Made by a program: the position numbers and the translations under genes. DNA of 20,000 nucleotides from an uncultured virus (IMG/VR IMGVR_UViG_3300042350_002513) (taxonomy: Duplodnaviria > Heunggongvirae > Uroviricota > Caudoviricetes): IMG/VR virus record IMGVR_UViG_3300042350_002513; one strand, written 5' to 3'. Within the stretch, counting starts at the first letter, position 1; every line of letters starts with the position of its first letter. Of the stretch, positions 13,537 to 20,000 are shown in pieces. A model generated the notes under the pieces. It saw only the letters and a list, made by a program, of their open reading frames with translations. It was not told the origin of the DNA and did not search any database.

Positions 13537-13615
13537 TGGCGTTCCCGACAGGATTCGAACCTGTGACCATTCGCTTAGAAGGCGAAAGCTCTAAATCCAA
13601 CTGAGCTACGGGAAC
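13537..13615 (-). tRNA. trnR: tRNA-Arg(UCU)
   Basis: GTTCCCG/CGGGAAC acceptor, TTCGC-CT TCT AA-GCGAA, TTCGAAT, CCA. Confidence 0.95.
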
Positions 13616-13634
13616 CCAAAAAACCTTATACTCC

Positions 13635-13662
13635 ATTATACACTTTTCTTGCGAAAAGTCAA
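13635..13662 (-). promoter_or_regulatory. sigma70-type promoter for tRNA-Arg
   Basis: TTGACT-N16-TATAAT. Confidence 0.7.
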
Positions 13663-13697
13663 ATCAAAACCTCACTAGAATCTTCTAGCAAGGAAAA

Positions 13698-13847
13698 TAT
13701 TCGATGTTGGTTTACGGGAAAATATTCAGTATTTTTATAATCTACAACACGATATCTTGCGTAGATCAACCCACTCACTCTCCACGATCTATATGTTTGC
13801 AACCATATAGTCTTTCTTCAGCATCATGAGCTTGCTGACATCGAATA
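13698..13847 (-). ncRNA. putative structured ncRNA 1
   Basis: 10-bp terminal stem TATTCGATGT/ACATCGAATA enclosing three hairpins. Confidence 0.45.
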
Positions 13848-13869
13848 AAATTATAAAAGAACTAAAAAC

Positions 13870-14033
13870 ATTTGGTTGATGGCAGAGTCCCAAATTTCTC
13901 TGCTTTATAGATGTTGGATTGGTCTAGAACCTCATCAACCAATTTGATGTTTACTGATATGTAGATTGGATACTACACCTCGCTGAATTAACAGACGGCT
14001 CTAATTAAGCTAATATCAGATATTCAACCAAAT
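13870..14033 (-). ncRNA. putative structured ncRNA 2
   Basis: 10-bp terminal stem ATTTGGTTGA/TCAACCAAAT plus internal hairpins. Confidence 0.45.
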
Positions 14034-14067
14034 TATAAAAAGAACTAAAATCGACCCATTGTTGTCG

Positions 14068-14292
14068 CAGTGTAAGGGGACTTGAAACATTATCCCTTGG
14101 GCGCACTGTTTGTTCGCAGATCAGGTCACTCAGACGCTTGATATACCGGAAACTTCCAGCACCCCAAGCTACGTCTCGCTTGAACGACTGTCCTCATTGC
14201 TGCAAAATTATTTGTGCAGTTTATACAGGATTTTCTGCACTAGCCTCTCTATCAGACTTTGTTAGCTGTCCAAAGCATCAAGCTGAGTCCTG
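14068..14292 (-). ncRNA. putative structured ncRNA 3
   Basis: long bulged stem CAGG-ACTCAG-CTTGAT / ATCAAG-CTGAGT-CCTG enclosing several hairpins, plus 3' hairpin. Confidence 0.45.
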
Positions 14293-14301
14293 TTGGCAAA
14301 T

Positions 14302-14389
14302 TGGTGCCACGGGCCGGACTTGAACCGGCACGACCTGTTAGGATCTAGAGATTTTAAGTCTCTTGTGTCTGCCATTTCACCACCGTGGC
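14302..14389 (-). tRNA. trnL: tRNA-Leu(UAA)
   Basis: GCCACGG/CCGTGGC acceptor, AGAGA-CT TAA AA-TCTCT, long variable arm, CCA. Confidence 0.95.
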
Positions 14390-14391
14390 GT

Positions 14392-14468
14392 TGGTGGGCC
14401 AAACCGGACTTGAACCGATAACCAAGGAATTATGAGTTCCCTGCTCTAACCAATTGAGCTATTGGCCC
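14392..14468 (-). tRNA. tRNA with CAT anticodon, probably Ile2 (lysidine) rather than Met
   Basis: GGGCCAA/TTGGCCC acceptor fully paired (not initiator), GGGAA-CT CAT AA-TTCCT, CCA. Confidence 0.9.
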
Positions 14469-14561
14469 GAATGAGCGGGAAGGAAACTATTTCCTTAATT
14501 AAATCTAACACACATTAGACATAATTGACTCCGCCGCTCAAAATGATAAAGAACGAAAATT

Positions 14562-14636
14562 TGGTGCGTCCGGTGGAATTCGAATCCACAACCACCGGCT
14601 TAAAAGGCCGATGCTCTACCGTTGAGCTACGAACGC
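14562..14636 (-). tRNA. trnK: tRNA-Lys(UUU)
   Basis: GCGTTCG/CGGACGC acceptor, TCGGC-CT TTT AA-GCCGG, CCA. Confidence 0.95.
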
Positions 14637-14653
14637 ATCTAAAGAACAGGGAC

Positions 14654-14681
14654 AATCTACACCGTCCTACACTTTCGTCAA
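14654..14681 (-). promoter_or_regulatory. sigma70-type promoter for tRNA-Lys operon
   Basis: TTGACG-N16-TAGATT followed by boxA-like TGTTCTTTAG. Confidence 0.6.
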
Positions 14682-14701
14682 CCCTTTTTCGAAAGTTTTT
14701 T

Positions 14702-14776
14702 TGGCTCTAGGGGAGGGACTCGAACCCCCAACCAACGCATTAACAGTGCGCTGCGCTACCATTGCGCCACCCTAGA
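14702..14776 (-). tRNA. trnN: tRNA-Asn(GUU)
   Basis: TCTAGGG/CCCTAGA acceptor, GCGCA-CT GTT AA-TGCGT, G discriminator, CCA. Confidence 0.95.
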
Positions 14777-14809
14777 ACACAAGCACCCTACACCATACAT
14801 CATACCCCG

Positions 14810-15016
14810 TCAACCACGAAAAGAGAAAATTTTTCCGCCAAGTATTTTGCTTTTCTTGAAGGCTTTGTAATCATTATCATCCTCCAAATCAAACCCATAG
14901 ATGTACTCGTTATCTTCTTTGATGGCATTAATTATTCTCCACTTAGTAAGATTTTTATTGCAATAAACGAACTCAAGAGTATTATTTACGTTGTCGGTGG
15001 CATTATTTGGCTTCAT
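14810..15016 (-). CDS. small hypothetical protein, possibly WYL/SH3-like (68 aa)
   Basis: EFVY...WR.I...YIYGFDL....YKAFKKSKI pattern. Confidence 0.55.
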   Translation of the reverse strand: MKPNNATDNVNNTLEFVYCNKNLTKWRIINAIKEDNEYIYGFDLEDDNDYKAFKKSKILGGKIFSFRG

Positions 15017-15025
15017 TTGATTTAA

Positions 15026-15320
15026 TTATTTAGTCTAAGATCTGGTAAAATTGTCTATGATTAAGTTATTTAGTCTCAAATCGGGCAAAATTGTTTATTA
15101 TTTCCTAGGGGTTTATATAACCTTATGAGTTATTATTTACTTTTCCCTAGGGTAAAATACAATTTAATTCGCCAAAAACTATCCCAAATAATAATCATTA
15201 TTTTGGAAAGTGCCATTTTGCTGGGGTTTTTGCATATTTTCTAATTTGATAGGGAGTTTTGTTTACTTTTCCCTAGGGGTTTATATAAAAATGAACTTTT
15301 GCCTAGGGGTAAATACAAAT
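15026..15320. repeat. iteron-like repeat cluster in long non-coding region
   Basis: 32-bp imperfect direct repeat at 15026 and 15066; four CCTAGGG boxes at 15104, 15146, 15272, 15302. Confidence 0.7.
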
Positions 15321-15771
15321 TTATTGTTATTTAGCAGGGATTAGAATGAAATTTAATGATTATTGCGCGAAGAATCTGACAAAATTGCTATTAAAGTGCG
15401 TTTTTTTGTGATTTTCAGGGGGAATTAGTATTATTTAGTAATTATATTTTTGGCAAACCCATCATTATCCCCCCATATCATACAATCCTATACAATATTC
15501 TCTTATATTACTCTATTATTCTATTACTCTCTATATATATCTTACCTATCTTATTCCTTTATTTATTGAAACTCAATAAAAAAGACAAAAACCCCAGTAA
15601 AACCAGAGTTTTTGCCTTGTTTTCAGAGAGGAAAAGTGATTGATTTTACTACTGTTTTCATCAGTAAAATACAGTCTATTCTTCAACCACTCTTTGCTCT
15701 ACTATTCTCTACTTTATTTAACTTATTACTACCTATAATAGACTACTTCTCTCTTATCTTAACAAAGGCGT

Positions 15772-15975
15772 TTAATCCTTTAAAACTATATTAAATAAAT
15801 CTCCCCCGCGAGCTTTATTATATACCACTTGAAGAGCTTCAGAAGGTATACAAGTGTCACAAATTACCTGAGACTTATTAAATTTATCATTAACAAAGTC
15901 CCAACCTTTCATCCACGCTTCTTTAGTGTCTTTGAATGTTTCTTTCTTGTTGCAACCGCAGCACTCTATTATCAT
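15772..15975 (-). CDS. small Zn-ribbon hypothetical protein (67 aa)
   Basis: CCGC...GWD...CDTC. Confidence 0.65.
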   Translation of the reverse strand: MIIECCGCNKKETFKDTKEAWMKGWDFVNDKFNKSQVICDTCIPSEALQVVYNKARGGDLFNIVLKD

Positions 15976-16099
15976 ATTTATTTAATTATAGGATTTGGAT
16001 TTCTAGCTTCATTATTTTGATGAAAATGACCGCACCTCGGGCAGGTAGTATACTTATAGTTAACTATTTGATTGCAGTCTTTGCAATTATAATTACTAT

Positions 16100-16687
16100 T
16101 TAGATCCTTATCTTTGATTCTAGATTGTAAATTAATGTGTTTAATTTTGTTAGGCATTTAGTAGCCCCCCTTACTACTGCTCTTATTACAGTATTATAAG
16201 GTCTATAGATACATTTGTAACGCCAAGTTTGAACAAATTCGTTTCTCAATCTCAGCTTCTCTTTAAAATTTTCGTCACTCTTCTTCCTCTCAGCATTGGA
16301 GGTAGCTTCAAAATTAAGTAATTTGATATCAGTTAACTTGCCGCCGACAAAGGTAGCAACGTACTGAATCCAATAATCATAATCAGTATTATTAGAGTGA
16401 CGGTAATCATAAAATTGAATAGTGCAAGTATTATTTAAAGGCTCAAGCCAAGTCTTTTTAGTTTTAAGATAGCCTGATTTCTCCAAAAAGCTTTTGCCAT
16501 TTGGATCTCCTTCTATCCATTCTGTCTCTCGACGCTCAATAGATAGTTGACCATCTTTATCGATAATGTAAATATCTAAACTGTTCTCAAGGTCTTTAGT
16601 TTGAAAACCGTATGAACCAGTGTACCCTTTGGGGTCTTCTGGCATTGGCAGTGGATATTGGCAATCTATGCTATCGTACATTCCCAT
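16100..16687 (-). CDS. phage-type hypothetical protein (MGMYD...FQTKDL motif)
   Basis: start moved to ATG 16687, next to the upstream stop. Confidence 0.8.
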   Translation of the reverse strand: MGMYDSIDCQYPLPMPEDPKGYTGSYGFQTKDLENSLDIYIIDKDGQLSIERRETEWIEGDPNGKSFLEKSGYLKTKKTWLEPLNNTCTIQFYDYRHSNNTDYDYWIQYVATFVGGKLTDIKLLNFEATSNAERKKSDENFKEKLRLRNEFVQTWRYKCIYRPYNTVIRAVVRGATKCLTKLNTLIYNLESKIRI

Positions 16688-16688
16688 C

Positions 16689-16916
16689 TCAGTGTCCTCT
16701 TTTCTCGGTTTTGTAATCCATGACATCTTCAAAGAATTTAGCAAAGGCAAAATAATCATTTCTATCTGCATCGTTCATGCCTTTAGTATCTACATGGCTC
16801 AGATAATCACAAATAAGACCAGCATAGTAAGAAGGCATGATAATATTCTTACCATCAAATTTCAAATCATCCGATACAACAGGATATTTATCTTTGAGAT
16901 ATAATTCTTTTTCCAT
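16689..16916 (-). CDS. hypothetical protein (75 aa)
   Basis: translationally coupled operon ORF. Confidence 0.7.
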   Translation of the reverse strand: MEKELYLKDKYPVVSDDLKFDGKNIIMPSYYAGLICDYLSHVDTKGMNDADRNDYFAFAKFFEDVMDYKTEKRGH

Positions 16917-17113
16917 TATAGTTTCTCTTTGAGAGTGGACTCCGCAGACATTTTCAAATCATTACCGTCAAGATTAGAAAACTTATGACGAGTCCCTTTT
17001 ACGGGAATTTCGTCAGTAGCTCCAAATCTACTAACAAATAGTTCTGCCACCTTGTGCAGTGGGTTTCTATCTTTAATGAGTTGCTTAACATACATTGCCT
17101 GTTGGTAAGTCAT
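16916..17113 (-). CDS. hypothetical protein (65 aa)
   Basis: TAATG overlap with downstream ORF. Confidence 0.7.
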   Translation of the reverse strand: MTYQQAMYVKQLIKDRNPLHKVAELFVSRFGATDEIPVKGTRHKFSNLDGNDLKMSAESTLKEKL

Positions 17114-17148
17114 AAAAAATTATAACCTCCAACGGGCGGAATGTAAAT

Positions 17149-17334
17149 TTATTCTCCCTTTTTAAAGCTGTCTTTGACGCTCAGGAGAAGGCTATGAATA
17201 GTATTTAGAGACTCTACTCTGTCCTTATAAAGCTTCTCTGTTTTATATTTCTCATCTTCAATTCTTTTAATGAGATCATTTATTTTGTGCATTGTTAGCA
17301 CTGGCTTGCCTCTTTCAAACTCTGAGATGTTCAT
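17149..17334 (-). CDS. hypothetical protein (61 aa)
   Basis: ATGA overlap with fcl. Confidence 0.65.
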   Translation of the reverse strand: MNISEFERGKPVLTMHKINDLIKRIEDEKYKTEKLYKDRVESLNTIHSLLLSVKDSFKKGE

Positions 17335-18260
17335 AAAGTTATAAAATCTGAATATGTCATTCTAATTCCGCGCTCCAGAGGAATCTGGGGTCGCCATCCT
17401 AATTTAATAAGCTTAGAAGAGTCAAGTAATTTTCTGGGGGTGCCATTGGGTTTAGAAAGATCATATTCAATATCTCCTTCATATCCAACAACTTTCTTAA
17501 TAAGATTAGCGAGTTCACTAATTCTAACTTCCTCGCCGCTCCCAATATTAAACATTATTAAACCATTTTCGCTCTTCTCCGCTTTGTTTTCCATGACATA
17601 CAGGCAAGCAGAAGCAAGATCGTCAACGTGCAGAAACTCTCTATAGGCTTGACCATTGCCCCAAACCTTGACAGAAGGTAGCTTTTGGGTCTTTGCTGCA
17701 TGGAATTTTTGAATCAACCCCGGCAGGACATGAGAGTTTTCAGGATGATAATTATCACCGGGGCCATAAAGATTAGTAGGCATAACGCACCTATAATCAG
17801 TTCCATATTGGGAATTATAATATTGACATAATTTAATTCCCGCAATCTTAGCAATTGCATAAGCCTCATTAGTAGGCTCTAATACACTAGTAAGAAGCTG
17901 ATTCTCAGATATGGGAATGTTGGGAAACTTTGGATAAATGCAACTAGAACCCAAATACAGTAACTTCTTTACATTATTCTTATATGCAGCATTGATTACA
18001 TTAGATGCAATCATTAAGTTCTGATAAATGAATTCAGCAGGGTAAGTGCTATTTGCATGAATGCCTCCCACCTTTGCGGCTGCTAAATATACAACATCTG
18101 GTCTTTCTCTCAAAAAGAATTCTTCTACTTCTTTTTGATTAACAAGATCCAGTTCAGAATGACTTCTCGTAATGATATTATCACTACAGCCATTTTGGAT
18201 CAGTTTTCTGACAATTGCTGAACCAACCATTCCTCTGTGACCTGCAACGTATACCTTCAT
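17331..18260 (-). CDS. fcl: GDP-L-fucose synthase (extended SDR)
   Basis: [76 protein letters not shown]. Confidence 0.96.
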   Translation of the reverse strand: MKVYVAGHRGMVGSAIVRKLIQNGCSDNIITRSHSELDLVNQKEVEEFFLRERPDVVYLAAAKVGGIHANSTYPAEFIYQNLMIASNVINAAYKNNVKKLLYLGSSCIYPKFPNIPISENQLLTSVLEPTNEAYAIAKIAGIKLCQYYNSQYGTDYRCVMPTNLYGPGDNYHPENSHVLPGLIQKFHAAKTQKLPSVKVWGNGQAYREFLHVDDLASACLYVMENKAEKSENGLIMFNIGSGEEVRISELANLIKKVVGYEGDIEYDLSKPNGTPRKLLDSSKLIKLGWRPQIPLERGIRMTYSDFITL

Positions 18261-18266
18261 GCTTTA

Positions 18267-18605
18267 TTATACATTAGACTTATCTGCATCTAAAATAAAT
18301 AATCCCCCGCAGACAGAAGCTCGCCAAAATACAGACCAAAAGACAGTCTTTTTCATTGCAGATATTACTGTTTCATTGCCACTCCAGCCGCCAGTAGCAA
18401 TTCTTAGGGCGGTAAATGGTTTATCTTTCAAGAGATCATTATTATAATTTGGAATAATCTCCCATTTTCCATAATGCTTATTAAAAGCAGCCTCAGTAAA
18501 AATTAAGAATGATTCAGGCTCCCAGTTGTTATTATTGTACCAATCACTAATTAAAGCCAGAGTTTCGTCAGATGGATAACCATCACTATCAAAAGTTGGA
18601 TTCAT
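18267..18605 (-). CDS. phage-type hypothetical protein (TGGWSGNE motif)
   Basis: DGYPSDETL...ATGGWSGNETVISAM. Confidence 0.8.
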   Translation of the reverse strand: MNPTFDSDGYPSDETLALISDWYNNNNWEPESFLIFTEAAFNKHYGKWEIIPNYNNDLLKDKPFTALRIATGGWSGNETVISAMKKTVFWSVFWRASVCGGLFILDADKSNV

Positions 18606-18793
18606 TTTTTATCATTAGCTCTAAACCACACACAAAATTGAACCAAAGTTCTAATACCCTATGCTTGGAGCAGGGATATTTCTTTTGCCATTATCAACTG
18701 CGGCATAAGCCAATTCCACAAATAATAAACGCCTAGCATGGAAATAAAATTTATAAGTATTTCTACAAGTATCATTAAAAGGATATTCTTCAT
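18602..18793 (-). pseudogene. membrane protein ORF (LWNWLMP motif) interrupted by in-frame TAG
   Basis: 64-codon frame with ATGA overlaps at both ends; TAG at codon 45 (18659-18661). Confidence 0.55.
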
Positions 18794-19359
18794 AGGCTAT
18801 CGTATAAATCTTTTATCCACTTATTGCGCTGTTTGATATTATTAAGATCTTTGGCTTCATATTCTTTATGATATTCAATAGATCTATTGTGTTCTGCGAG
18901 CTTCTTTGCCACATAATCTTCATAAGTCATAGCAGATAAAGAAGCGGTTTCATAAAAACTAATTCCACAATCAAAACTACTTGAATCAGCCAACTGTTCA
19001 ATCATAAAAGCTTTTAGTCTTTCATGTTCTTTGGTGGGCGGTTGCCAGTTCTTAGCTTTTTCAAGAATATCAGAGTAACGCTTTTTTAGTTCGTTTTTTT
19101 CTTTTATGATTTTTTCGTAATCAGCTATCGTTTCCTTAACATAAGATTCGAATTCAGCTTCAGTAGGCTTTTTGAATTCGCCAAGATTCTTCAGCTTCTC
19201 TGTATGATAAGACTCTTCTGGCATGATCTTTGGCTTTACGTCAGCAGGATCATCGCGTTGCATTACGCAAGCACCAAACGCTCTAGCACAACCTAGAGCG
19301 AAGTCCTTGAATGTTACTTCTTTACCATTATATATATCTGATGTATATCCTGTGGGCAT
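18790..19359 (-). CDS. phage-type hypothetical protein (MPTGYT...CARAFGA motif)
   Basis: 189-aa ORF with recognisable N-terminal motif. Confidence 0.85.
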   Translation of the reverse strand: MPTGYTSDIYNGKEVTFKDFALGCARAFGACVMQRDDPADVKPKIMPEESYHTEKLKNLGEFKKPTEAEFESYVKETIADYEKIIKEKNELKKRYSDILEKAKNWQPPTKEHERLKAFMIEQLADSSSFDCGISFYETASLSAMTYEDYVAKKLAEHNRSIEYHKEYEAKDLNNIKQRNKWIKDLYDSL

Positions 19360-19361
19360 AA

Positions 19362-19805
19362 TTATATCAGTGTTAAAGCGTATCTTTTAGAAGAAATAGG
19401 CATTTTATGCCCTTCACTATCGATTCTAAATTTACCATCATTAAATTTCCTGCAACTTGCTTTATACTTAATACAAAGTTTAGCTAAAATACTGGAAAAA
19501 GCTATTTCGTTTCCAATCTTTTTTAGATATTCGACATCGTTTTTACTTGCGTTAGTTTCTCTTTCGAGAATATGCTCCATTACTGTTGTAATTTTTACAT
19601 ATTTTTTTCTTGAATAATCTACTTTAACCCATTTTAGAAAAAGCTCTTCTATTTCAGCCGTTTTAATTGGCCTATAGCCTTCTCTCTTTCTTTGTTTATT
19701 TTCTTCAATTCTTTTTTTCAATACTATGAATGACGGATCTTTGAGATTAGCCTCCATTCTTTCTTTTAGCTTTGCTTCGGACATAACTTCTCTTTCTTTT
19801 GTCAT
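19362..19805 (-). CDS. hypothetical basic protein (147 aa)
   Basis: operon ORF with 2-nt gaps. Confidence 0.75.
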   Translation of the reverse strand: MTKEREVMSEAKLKERMEANLKDPSFIVLKKRIEENKQRKREGYRPIKTAEIEELFLKWVKVDYSRKKYVKITTVMEHILERETNASKNDVEYLKKIGNEIAFSSILAKLCIKYKASCRKFNDGKFRIDSEGHKMPISSKRYALTLI

Positions 19806-19807
19806 AA

Positions 19808-19999
19808 TTAAAATTTAATCTTCTTTGAGTTTCTAGTAGTGTTCCAGTCGTAAGGCGCAAAATAAACTATTGCTTGATATTTCAGATTTTGGAAACAAAC
19901 ATAATCCATTTTCTTATTAAAATCATCGTAATCCAACTTAACTGAAATACGAGGATTCATTTGGCAATCGTCGATTTGATATGGATAATCTCTGAACTC
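19808..19999 (-). CDS. partial hypothetical protein (5' end outside window)
   Basis: open frame EFRDYPYQID...SKKIKF* running off the window edge. Confidence 0.6.
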   Translation of the reverse strand, partial: EFRDYPYQIDDCQMNPRISVKLDYDDFNKKMDYVCFQNLKYQAIVYFAPYDWNTTRNSKKIKF

Positions 20000-20000
20000 T

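Noticed and set aside
12070..14710. ORFs 12070-12336, 14138-14323, 14525-14710 and the N-terminal extension of 13349-13636
   Set aside because: They overlap tRNA genes or the structured RNA modules.
15175..15182. Possible 15th site (AAAACTAT)
   Set aside because: Half-site only, with no matching left arm or core at the required spacing.
15978..16099. Zn-ribbon reading frame (NYNCKDC...CPRCGHF) filling the operon gap
   Set aside because: No in-frame ATG/GTG/TTG start; it may be a frameshifted remnant, but I cannot support it as a CDS.
1..20000. Genome-wide TAG recoding (alternative genetic code)
   Set aside because: Long genes are intact in code 11, TAG ends the 1248-1682 gene just before its terminator at a position matching its paralog's end, and only one internal TAG was seen.

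Overview
The window looks like part of a large, AT-rich tailed-phage genome; no host housekeeping operons are present. It has four parts. (1) 1-~1200: two convergent ORFs, one an HNH-type endonuclease, then a low-complexity spacer. (2) ~1200-12100: an array of small self-contained expression cassettes, mostly sigma70-type promoter, 1-5 small ORFs and an intrinsic terminator, in both orientations and with very different GC content. They are separated by 14 copies of a fixed-length 39-bp dyad site, ATAGTTTY-N7-GGGCACCCC-like core-N7-RAAACTAT. Cargo includes DUF2958, DUF932, a Gp88-like protein, an i-type-lysozyme-like muramidase, a divergent paralog pair and a tandem structured RNA motif. Several junctions also carry sigma54-like -24/-12 boxes and PhoB/OmpR-like direct repeats. 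(3) 12250-14800: a minus-strand tRNA cluster (Gln, Arg, Leu, CAT, Lys, Asn) with boxA-like spacers and several unannotated structured RNAs. (4) 15000-20000: a repeat-rich non-coding stretch (candidate origin or terminus), then a minus-strand operon of phage hypotheticals with GDP-L-fucose synthase. The main candidate novel system is the site-delimited cassette array. No recombinase or cognate binding protein is identifiable in the window. All family calls are by motif recognition, without database searches.
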